The notes beneath the pieces were generated by a model. That model saw nothing but the letters and a program-made list of their open reading frames with translations. It had not been told where the DNA came from and ran no database searches. A DNA stretch of 64,000 bases from Malacoraja senta (taxonomy: Eukaryota). This document shows, piece by piece, positions 24,728 to 36,179 of the stretch. Within the stretch, counting starts at the first letter, position 1, and every line of letters begins with the position of its first letter. The position numbers and the translations under genes are program-made. The DNA is taken from positions 4,900,001 to 4,964,000 of the forward strand of contig CM075996.1 in assembly GCA_038087875.1 (NCBI GenBank). Direction: 5' to 3'.

Positions 24728-25092
24728 TCCAAATCCAACCTTTCAGTCCTGGGCCTCCTCCATGGCCAGAGTGAGGACCACCGTAAATTGGAGCAGCATC
24801 ACCTCATATTACGCTTGGGCAGTTTACACCCCAGCGGTATGAACATTGACTTCTCTAATTTCAGGTAGTCCCTGCTTTCTTCTCCCCTTCTCAGGTCTCC
24901 CTCAGCCCACTGTCTCCGCCTCTTCCTTTCTTCTTCCCGCCCCCTCCCCACCCTCGCATCAGTCTGAAGAAGGGTCTCGACCCGAAACGTTGCCTATTTC
25001 CATCGCTCCATAGATGCTGCCTCACCCGCTAAGTTTCTCCAGCATTTTTGTCTACCTTCAATTTTCCAGCATCTGCAGTTCCTTCTTAAACA
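24728..25092 (+). mobile_element. Penelope-like element 3' end (GIY-YIG C-terminus and terminal repeat with hammerhead motif at 24964-24991)
   Basis: Degenerate ...EQHHLILRLGSLHPSGMNIDF, then CTGAAGAAGGGTCTCGACCCGAAACGTT. An older copy lies at ~24200-24480. Confidence 0.8.
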
Positions 25093-25458
25093 CTGAGTTA
25101 CTCCAGCGCTTTGTGTCTTTTTTTTGTAAACCACGCCTGCATTTCCGTGTGCCTAAAAGAGCTTAACTGTCTGTTCAATGGCTGTCCATTCTTTCACCCT
25201 ATTACTGACATTCTCTTTGCATCACCTGTGAACCTCCCTACATTCCCTCTCATGAACCCCCACCTCCAACCTTCCAGGAAAATGCCTTCACAATCCAACA
25301 GTTGCTATGAACTTGGTAATTCACCTTAAGTTGCTAACATATATCCTCCTACATGCTCCAGGATAGCCACCAGTCACCTACCACTGCGAGTACTTGAAAG
25401 CTTACCCTTGGCTGTATTTCTGTTAAATTTCCTTTTGATATCATTGTTCCCATTGCAG

Positions 25459-25622
25459 GAATATATATCCCAGAAAATGACACCTCTGCTCCACCAAGGT
25501 TTCGGGGAATTGGAATTCGGATTGAGGACGATGTGTTGATAATGGATGAGGTGCCGGTTATTCTTTCTGCTGACTGCCCGAAGGAATTGCCAGAAGTAGA
25601 AAAGATCCTGAACTGCCATTAA
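25459..25622 (+). CDS. XPNPEP3: XPNPEP3 last coding exon (10)
   Basis: GIYIPENDTSAPPRFRGIGIRIEDDVL...ADCPKELPEVEKILNCH*; TAA at 25620-25622. Confidence 0.95.
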
Positions 25623-26114
25623 CAAGCAAATGCTGAAAACCTCATCAATTCAGGATTTTATAATGTGGGAAGTAACAGAGAAAGGTCACAAGTGAATCCA
25701 GCACCTTTGCTCAGTCAGTGATGGCTCTGCGTGTGAGAATGTCACCACTTTATTCTGAAGTCTGCCCAAATGTGTAAAACCACAGTAATACATACACTGC
25801 GTTAGATTTTATAACAAAGATATGAATTCCAAGCACTAATGTATTGTCTGAAGGTAGGAGCAATGTTGAGAACTTTTAAATAAATGGATAGGAAAGGAAC
25901 CATTGCACCTGCCCCTTTAAAGCAAAGACGTCTCAAAATTCCCAGTAACTGCTGTCTGCCAGTGGTCATCCTTTTTTGAGGGGGGGGAACTGGACCACCA
26001 TAATGTGAACCCATCATGAAAGTGTCCATGTATAGACTGTGAATGATAAAGTAATCAGGCAAAGGTGGATGATAAAGCTTCTCGATTCTTATGTGGAGTA
26101 ACCTTGCCTCTAAT

Positions 26115-26960
26115 TGATACAATGATGATACAATTTATTTGTTGTCTTTTGAATCTAAGTTCAAACAAAATTTGGTTTCTGCAGTCATACAAACAAGTAA
26201 AAAGAACCAAGGCACAACACAATTTACACAAACATCCATCACAGTGAATCTCCTCCTCACTGTGATGGAAGGCAAAGTCTTGTCTCTCCCCTGCACTCCC
26301 CATTCTCCTCCCGATGTCAAAGTCAAAGCCAAAGCCCCCGGCAGGCAATGGTAAATAAGTCCCGCGGCCATTAAAGCCGCGCCGGGCGATGCAAGGCCAC
26401 GCTCCGGGTCTTGATGTTGGAGGCCCCCGGTAGCGCTAGCAAGTCCCGCGGCCATTTAAAGCCGCGCCGGGCGATGTAAGACCCTGCTCCAGGTCATCTT
26501 CAACCCCGCAACTCGGCCGGGAGAAGTTGCCGTTGCGGGAGCCCCGAAAAGCGGTCTCCCACCAGGGACCCGCAAGCTCCCGATGTCACCGTCCACCGGG
26601 CCGGTGGCTGGAGCCTCTGAATCTCCGGGGTCGGGCCGCAGCAGCGCGCCACCACAGCTCCTCCCGTTCCGAACTCGGCCAGCTCCGCGATGGTGAGTAA
26701 GTCCGCCGGCTCCGCGACTGGAGCCCCAGGTCGTTCCGTTGGAGGCCGCTCCACGGTGCTAGGCCCCAACGACAATGGAGACCCGACAGAGAAAGGTCGG
26801 GTCTCCCGTGCAGGGAAAAGATTTTAAAAGTTTCCCCCACCCCGCCCCCCCACACATACTCAGTTAAAAAAAACACTAGAAACGAATCTCAAACGAAGCA
26901 AAAAAAAAAAAAAAGACAGATGGACTGCAGAGGCCGCTGCGACGTGGGTCGCGCCGCCCA
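26115..26960 (-). mobile_element. GC-rich non-coding retroposon-like repeat, copy 1 (copy 2 at ~27358-27895)
   Basis: Two highly similar copies with internal ~65-bp subrepeats, a 13-bp hairpin and (CAATA)n-like tails. Confidence 0.65.
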
Positions 26961-28799
26961 CCCAAGTGTCAGATGGCACAAGAAGATTGACATCATTGTC
27001 TCTTCAGGAAAAGTTATTTTTATGTAAAGACCTTCGATAACAATTCACTGATAATATTGTTTCCATGAATGTCTGAACTTACCGAATGTTTAAATATAAA
27101 GAACCCAACAAGGCAGGTACTGGAAATCTGATATACAAACCATAAAATGCAGGAAATACTCCATGTCTGTGATGTTACAATTTGTACATTTTTCCTGTGA
27201 CCGCGTGGGTTTTCTCTGGGTGCTCCAGTTTCTTCCCACATTCCAAAGAAGTGCAGGTTTGTCAGTGCATTAGCCTATCCATGTTCTCCAGAGGTGCTGC
27301 CTGAACCGATGAGTTACTCCAGCATTTTGTGCCTTCCTTTCTATACTAATGTTACACTCAATACAATACAATACAATACCGTTTATTGTCATTTGAACCT
27401 CAAATGAAGTTCAAACGAAATTTGTTTTTTGCAATCATACAACAAGAAAAGAACCAAGACACACACCAACACAATTTACACAAACATCCATCACAGTGAA
27501 TCTCCTCACTGTGATGGAAGGCAAAGTCTTGTCTCGCCCCTGCTCTCCATTTCTTCTCCCGATGTCAAAGCCCCCGGCGGGCGATGGCAAGTGCCGCGGC
27601 CATTAAGGCCGCGCCAGGCGATGTAAGGCCCCGCCTGGGTCTTGATGTTGGAGCCCCCAGCGGGTGCTGGCAAGTCCTGTGGCCCTTTTAAGCCGCGCCG
27701 GACGATGTAAGGCCCCGCTCCGGGTCGCCTTAAACCCCGCAACTCGGGCAGGAGAAGTTGCCGTTGCGGGAGCTCCGAAAAGCGGTCTCCCACCAGGGAC
27801 CCGCGAGCTCCCGATGTCACCGTCCACCGGACCTGCGGCTGGAGCCTCCGAAGCTCCGGAGTCGGACCACAGCAGCGCGCCACCACAGCTCTCCATGCTC
27901 CAAGCATGTGAGACCTTATTTTATGAAATAACCTTTCCATGATATCTCATCAAATGTCTTTTGAAGATGCAGCTGTAGCACATTTTTGTTCCCTCTTGAC
28001 TAACCTGCAACTTACATCAACTAACAGGTTGATAAGTGGCAACTGACATTCATGCCACAAAAGGGGGGTCAGGCAATGGCCATCTCCAACAAGAAATAGG
28101 TGACATTTTGCAGCGAATTGCGGATGCAGCCCAGACCATCACACAAACCAACCTCCCTTCCATTGACCCCATTTATACCTCACGCTGCCTCGGCAAGGCA
28201 AGCAGCATAATCAAGGATGAGACCCGGCACCCTGGCCACTTCCACTCCCTTCCCCCATCGGGCATGTCATAAGTAATAGGAGCGGAAATAGGCCATTTGG
28301 CCCATCAAGTCAACTCTGCCATACAATCACGACTGATCTATCTCTCCCTCCTAATCCCATTCTCCGACCTCCCCATAAAAAGGTATAGAAGTGTGAAAAC
28401 ACACACCTCCAGATTCAGGGACAGTATCTTCCCAGCAGTTATCAGGCAACAGAATCATCCTACCACAACTAGAGAGGAGTCCTGAACTAATATCTACCTC
28501 ATTGGTGACCCTTGTACTATCTTTGATCGGACCTTACTGGCTTTGTCTTGCACCAAACGTTATTCCCTTATCATGTACAGGAAATAACATCATTTATCAG
28601 TACACTGTAAATGGCTCGATTGTAATCATGTTTTGTCTTTCCACTGACTGGTTAGCACGCAACAATAGCTTTTCACTGTACCTCGGTACAGGTGGCAATA
28701 AACTGAACTGAAGTGAAAAGTTGCCCCTCAGGTTCCTATTGAATCCTGCCCCTCTCATGACATTGCATCCCTTGGGCTGGCGGGCGGGCTGCTGGCAAC

Positions 28800-28871
28800 T
28801 GACGTCCTGCAGGTGGCGCTTGTGTTGCCCCTCCCCACACGCCACAAACGCCCATGCGCAGGGCGGACAAG
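28800..28871 (+). promoter_or_regulatory. RBX1 proximal promoter / 5'UTR
   Basis: CTCF-like CCTGCAGGTGGCGC (~28806), NRF1-like GCCCATGCGCA (~28850), YY1 motif CAAGATGGCG over the ATG. Confidence 0.55.
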
Positions 28872-28952
28872 ATGGCGACGGCGATGGACGTGGACGCACC
28901 GAGCTCCACCAACAGCGGCAGCGGCGGCAAGAAGCGCTTCGAGGTCAAAAAG
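28872..28952 (+). CDS. RBX1: RBX1 (RING-box protein 1) exon 1
   Basis: MATAMDVDAPSSTNSGSGGKKRFEVKK|GT; 81 nt. Confidence 0.96.
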
Positions 28953-30618
28953 GTACCTCGTCCCGTTCCTCTCGGAACCGCGAAACCGAATTTGTGAAGA
29001 GCGAAGTGCGCTGAAGGGAACGAAACTGTAATAACTTCAAAAAGATCGGCGGCTATGGCGGAGGGAATGGGCCCGCCGGTCAGATTAACGACGGCGTCGT
29101 CCATTTAGGGCGGGGCGTCGGCGTGACTGACGTCAGCGTCTCCGTTCGGGGCGGGGCGTCCGTGTGATTGACGTCCGCGTCATTCAATTAGGGTGGCGGT
29201 TTGTCCAAAGGCACCAGCCAGAGCCAATGGTTGAAGGGAGTGCGGAAAGGGGCGGGTTCTGAGAAGGGGGCGAGGCCGGTGGGTGGGTGGGGGCGGGGCC
29301 GGTGGGTGGGGGCGGGGCCGCGGCTACTACCCGCTTCAAAATGGCCTTGCGAGGCGGTGGCTGGTTAGCTAGCCTGAGGTCAAGTGTGTTTAATTGTCAT
29401 ATATCCCAGACAGAACAAATACATTCTTACTTGCAGCAGCACAACAAATAATAAAAAATAATAATACAAAAAAATAGTTAACAAAGTACACTTATAAACA
29501 ATATAATGAATGAGAGAAAAAAGAGTCCAGTGTGTGTGTGTATGTATGTGTATTAAATATATATAATATATACACACACTCACATATATACTGAAGTCTG
29601 AAGAAGACCGGAAACGTCACCCATTCCTTCACTCCAGAGATGATGCTCAGTTACCCCAGCATTTTGTGTCTACAATTTAAACCTCAGTTTGTACCTCGGT
29701 ACAGGTGACAATAAACAGCATCTGCCGTTCCTATCTACACATATACAGATATATATATATACACACATACATACATACACAGAAAACAAACAGTAATAGT
29801 GCAATAATAGTATCTGTAGTTCAGAGCTTATTTGAGGTTGTAATGTTTAATAGCCTAATGGCTGTAGGAGAGAAGCTGTTCCTGAACGTGGACGATACAG
29901 CTTTCAGCCTCCTGTACCTTCTTCCCGAATGCAGGGGTGATATGACCAGGGTGGTGAGATTCTCTGATGGCTTCCATCAACATGCGTTTGAGTGGGTCAA
30001 GTGCAGCTTAATGACCTGCAGCCCCCAAAACATCCCTAATCTTAGAGGCAGTCTGACAGCAGACTTTTTGTGGATTAGGGCAGACCGGTTCTGAAAAAAA
30101 ACCGTTCAGGCTTCACAAAAGTGATTTGCTCAGTCCTAGTTTCTTATTCCAAATTTCTTCGCACAGGCAATTGTCTGAGACAGAACTAGGCTGTAAGCAA
30201 GGAACTGCAGATGCTGGTTAATACACAAAGTGTAGGAGTAACTGAGCAGGTCAGGCAGCATCTCTGGATAACATGGATAGGTGAGGTTTCAGGTCGAGAC
30301 TGCAGAAGGATTCTCTATAGCTGTTGCCTGACCCGCTGAGTAACTCCAGCACTTTGTGTCCTTTTAGGCTTTAAGCAACCTGGTTTTTCCCTCTTAGGGT
30401 AAATCTACTCAGTTTACCCCCATGTGAGTTACCAGAAATATCTACACCATCGTCAAAATGTTTTTATGTGCTTAACAACATCCACTTTGTCCTTGCTTCA
30501 ACTCCTGTTGTTGAAATTGTTATGCTCCACTACTTTAGACAATAGGTACCCCAATCAGTACCCCATTCCTGCCTTCTCCCCATATCCCCTGACTCTGCTA
30601 TTTTTAAGAGCCCTATCT

Positions 30619-31372
30619 AATAATAATAATATCTTTTATTGTCATTGCACGTCAGTGCAACGAGATTTAGTATGCAGCTCCACTGATGTACAAGAAAAGT
30701 AAGATAAATAAATAAGCAAGCTGAGTGACGTGACCATCCGAGGGAGACTGTCCAGGGGGGGTGGGTGGGGGGGCACTCAGCAGGGCCGGTTCAGAGCCGC
30801 TATAGCTCTTGGAATAAAGCTGTTTCTGAGTCTGGAGGTTCGGGCGTAGAAGGCCTTGTAACGTCTGCCGGAGGGAAGTAGTTCAAACAGTTTGTTACAA
30901 GGGTGTGATGAGTCCTTATGGATGCTGACGGCCTTCCTGAGGCACCGTGTGTGGTAGATGCCCTCCAAGGCTGGTAGCTCTGACCCAATGATCCTCTGCG
31001 CTCTGTGGACGACGCGCTGAAGAGCTCTCCTCTCCGCCTCCGTGCAGCTGAGATACCACACAGAGATGCCATACGTTAATATGCTCTCTGTGGTGCAGCA
31101 GTAGAACGTTGTCAGCAGCTGTTGGGGCAGACCAGTCTTTTTTAATGTCCTCAGGAAGAACAGTCGTTGCTGTGCCTTCTTGACCAGCGTTGGTGGACCA
31201 TGTGAGGTCCTCTGAAATGTGAGTGCCCAGAAACTTAAAGCTGGACACTCTCTCCACACTTTCCCCATAAATGGAGATTGGGGCGTATTCTCCATTATGG
31301 GACCTCCTGAAGTCACTAATCAGCTCCTTGGTCTTGGAGGTGTTTAGTGACAAGTTGTTATGAGCGCATCTA
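30619..31372 (-). mobile_element. Rex1/Babar LINE 3' fragment (frameshifted), nested in a CR1 3' fragment
   Basis: LNTSKTKEL...FKFLGTHI / KKAQQRLFFLR...LLPSGRRY in two frames; (TAA)n tail; splits the host sequence GAGCCCTATCTA|GCTCTCTCTTGAA. Confidence 0.85.
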
Positions 31373-31756
31373 GCTCTCTCTTGAAAGCATCTATGGACTT
31401 TCTTTGGACTTCAGTCTTTTATATTCCAAACTGCCTTCGCTCTCATGCTCTTCTTAATCTTGGTTATTGTTTGCTTAAACTATGCTTAGAATGGAAAGAG
31501 TTGGACTGGTTGAGTAAAAGTTTAACATGGTAAAACCTTTAGGATCAGATCTTTCACCCAACATAATAAACATTTCCATTACCAACTTAAGGTTGTATCC
31601 TGACCCACAATATCATCCACAATTTCGACCTAGGACAACTACAGCAAATTCCTGTTTATTCTACACTCTTCCTCAGAGTTAATCTGCACTGGCCCAAGTC
31701 ATCTCCTTTGTCCAAAGTTATCTTCACGAGGCCTTAGTCATAGATCTTTAATGTGA

Positions 31757-31948
<192 letters not shown>

Positions 31949-32849
31949 TAGGGTCTTGACTATCCTTTTGCTCCCACAGATGCCACCTGACCTGCTGAGT
32001 TCGTCCAGCAATGTATTTATTGCTCCCCTGTCTATATGCTGTTGTGTTATTGCTTGGATAATCGGAGCAAATCATTAATAACAATATTAGTGTCTGTGAA
32101 TCTTCCAGGGTGTTGTTCAGAACCATGAGCATCACTGATGTTTTGGGGGAGGATATCTGCTATCCTTGCCTGGTCTGGCTTACTGAAGTAATGAAAGTGG
32201 TTCGAGAAAGCTTGACACAATCTTCATGTGAAGTTAAAGGATGGGCAACAGGTGCGGGCCTGGCCAAACATGTGATGTATAAATCCCAAGATGTATGGAG
32301 TGACCAGACAAGCACTTGCTTGAGCCAGATTGTTGCAAAATGGACCCTGCCACTGGATTTGGAATTAGTAGTCACATCCCATCCCACAATTGTACGATCT
32401 TTGTACAAACTGTGTTATAAGGGCCCATTGAGCAAACATTCAACATCGTATAACCTTCAGAACCCAATCTCTCAGCAACACAATAAACTTCTCCATTACC
32501 AAGTTTCAGGTAAAATTGTTTGCTGGCCAGCTCCTCACTGTCAACTATTCCTAATATCCATCTTGGCATTGGCCTGTACCTGTACTCCAATTGGTATTGG
32601 TGATAGTGGAATCCACTAAAATATATTGTACTGATGGGCAGATATGATCCAGATTTAGAAAATGAAGCATGGACAACCCAATATTTTTGGACAGATCAAA
32701 GTAATGTAGTTTGGAGTTTCCTTGACTGAAATTCTAACAATAGCATTATACCCTGAATCAGCAATCAGATTAAGCAGGATAGACGACTGAGCCAAACGTG
32801 CTTAGAGGCTTACTCCAGCATGTAGAGCCACCCCATATGTCTAACATAA

Positions 32850-33026
<177 letters not shown>

Positions 33027-33031
33027 TAATA

Positions 33032-33608
33032 CAGTAAACCCCTGTTCTAACGGACCTCTTTATAATGGATTTGGTGATAAAGGACGGAACTAACGATGGC
33101 TACCGACGCCATCTCCCGAAACGCACCGTGGTTCCCCCCACCCCATTGCCGCTGACACCCCCAGCCCACACCACATCCCCAGCTGCTTCTGCTGCAACCA
33201 CCGGCCCGCACAGCTTCCTTGGCCGCTTCCAGGCTGCGCCTGCCACCGCCGACCCTTACCTGTGCTCCAGCTGCCTGTGGGCTGCAAATATTGACTCCAC
33301 CGATCTCGCCTCTGCTGGCCACCAGTACGCCAAGGCCGTCAGCCCATCTGCATTCCAGGCCCAGTTCCGACTGAGAGTCTGAAGAAGGGTCTCGGCCCAA
33401 AACGTCACCTATCCATGTCCTCCAGAGATGCTGCCTAGCGTGCTGAGTTACTTTATGTCCTTTTGTGTTTTAACTAGCACCTGCCGTTGTTTATTCTGCT
33501 ACATATACAATGATAACACCTTACTCGGTTATAGTGAACAGTTGGCAATAATGGGCACCATTTCTCCCCCCACCCACCCACATGGTCTGTTATAACAAGG
33601 AGTTACTG
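33032..33608. mobile_element. Tigger/pogo-like MITE with a nested Penelope-derived element (~33370-33505)
   Basis: TA|CAGTAAACCCCTGTTCTAACGGAC ... GTCTGTTATAACAAGGAGTTACTG|TA. Confidence 0.6.
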
Positions 33609-34103
33609 TAGAGTTTATATTGTATATAATCCAGGCTAAAACCCCAGTACAGCACCGAGGGATTGTTGCACCACTGGAGATGCTGTCTTTTTATTGAATG
33701 ATGATAAATTAGGCCCCTTCTGTCCTCTGATACAGCAACCAGAACTAATCTGGATGACACCATTGGATTCTTTAGAATCATTTCAGTGTTTTCAAGCAAC
33801 ATCACTTTAAAAAAATGTTGCCAAATATGGATGCTTTCTGCACACAATGTGCTACCACGTTTATTTACATTACAAGAATGATTTCAGTTTATTTAATTGG
33901 TTGTGAGGTATCAAGTTGACACTTGTCCACTTGAGTCTAAAATTGAGCATTTGGGATCTTTTGGAATTTCTGACTCCTTTATCCATAACACCTTGTGCAT
34001 CTGGTTCTGCTGCATCTAAAATCACATTCATCCTTTGCATGTGCGCTTGGAAATGCCTGACTAATATATCTCGAGTTAACAATTCTGGGGGACCGATTTC
34101 TGA

Positions 34104-34307
<204 letters not shown>

Positions 34308-35803
34308 TAAGTTTACTTTTCTTGAGACTGAGTGCGGTTAACAACAGGATGAGCATATTTTTCCATTTATGTTTTGGTGGCTGTGAAGGGATGTGGACTG
34401 AGGCAATGGATGTGGAATTCCTTGACCGTGACATATTGCTGTCCATTTACTCCTAAAGCACATAATTAAGCTCTGGGCCCCACCGAGGTACATGCAGACC
34501 ACCCTGCACTGCGCATGGTGACCCCACATTAATCCCTTCTTGCTGTCCTTGCATTCTCATCAAATCCCCTGGGTTCTACCATTCAGTTGCACACTATGGT
34601 CAGTTAATAGTGGCCAATTAACCTACAAACCTGCACATCTTTGGAATGGTGGTGAAAACCCACCTAGTCACAGGGAGAACATGCCGACTCCACGCAGACA
34701 GCACAGGAGATCAGGAATTAAACGACGTCGTTAGATATGGGAGGCAGCAAGTCTTCAAGCTGTACACTATGCTGCCCAATTTTGCATCTTAAAAGGCCTG
34801 TCCCACTTGGGCATCATTTGCGTGTCACGCAGGTGGTGCACGAAGATTTTGTGAATCCCCAAATCCTGGGGCGCCGCTCGCGACACTGCCTATGTCACCA
34901 TGCGCGCATCACGTGTAAATGATGTTGCATAAATGATGCGCAAATAACGCCCAAGTGGGACAGGCCCTTTAGACTACGTAGGACACCCTTTGTGTGTATT
35001 TTCTTGGAGGACACTGACATAGTTATCAAATTGCTACTTGTAACCAGGGCCTGGACAGTTGATCCAGGGACACATTTAAAACTCACTGTGGTATCTGGTT
35101 AATTTGGATTCAAGTAACCAAATACATTAGAAATGTTTTCTTGGACTCTTTCAGTGACTGTGAGATCACTGGACTGAGGTTAAAAGTCTGTCTAATGGTC
35201 CTCCAGGGAGTGAAATTTGCCCTCCATCCCCAGTTGGGTTTATGCGACTCCAGACCACCAATGGATGTCTCTTAACCTCCTTTTCAGTTCATGACCAACT
35301 CAGGATGGACAATAAACAGTGGCATTGCTGGTGCCATTCCCATCCTCTGTGGGGAAAAAAACATCCTGCGTGTTTTAAAATACAGCCACCATTATTTTGC
35401 TTGCTAACTTACCGTCTGTTATCAGCGAACTCAGTAGATTGTAGAAACAAAGAGCTACAGATGCTGGTTTATACCAAAGATAGACACAAGGTGATACACG
35501 AGTAACTCAACGGGTCAGACAGCGTCTCTGGAGAAAAAGGATGTGTAACGGAAGAGTCCCGACCTGAAGTCACCCATCCTTTTTCTTTAGAGATGCTGCC
35601 TGACCTGTTGAGTTACTCCAGCACTTTGTGTCTATCTTTGGTATAACTCAGTTCTGATCCTGCATATAGCTGGTTCACTTTGAACAGTGTTCTATCATAC
35701 TGACTTAAAACAATAAAACACTGATTGTTTCTATACTGAATGCCTAAAGATTTGTTAAACTGAATGAGATTAATTGTATGTCTAATTTGTCTCTCTTCCT
35801 CAG

Positions 35804-35816
35804 GTATGGCCACTAA
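35804..35816 (+). CDS. RBX1: RBX1 exon 5 (coding part)
   Basis: CAG|G TAT GGC CAC TAA completes ...QKYGH*; total CDS 330 nt. Confidence 0.93.
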
Positions 35817-36173
35817 ATGCCACAGGTACGCACCTGCCAGCAGCTGTTCCTCTGGCGCATAGACCTACATCATTGGCTCCCACCCTTCCCATTCCCCTCC
35901 ACCTCTTCTTGGCGCCTTCTGACAGCTGTTTGTTCAGATGACAAGGACTTTATCAATAATTGCCTGCTTTTTTTTTAGAAAATGCTCTTTAATTTCTCTG
36001 GTTGCAGACTCTTCATTATAAGACAACTAAATATGTGGAAAAAGTTTGCACTGATCGCAGGTGAAGAACCAAAAGTCACTCATGTAGACTTCCCTTTTTC
36101 TCCCCAATTTAAACAAACCAACAGAAAGAATGTGATGGTTTTCTTTGGCTCTTTACCTAAATGTATTTTATTT

Positions 36174-36179
36174 AATAAA
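36174..36179 (+). terminator. Probable RBX1 polyadenylation signal
   Basis: AATAAA about 360 nt after the stop, in U-rich context. Confidence 0.55.
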
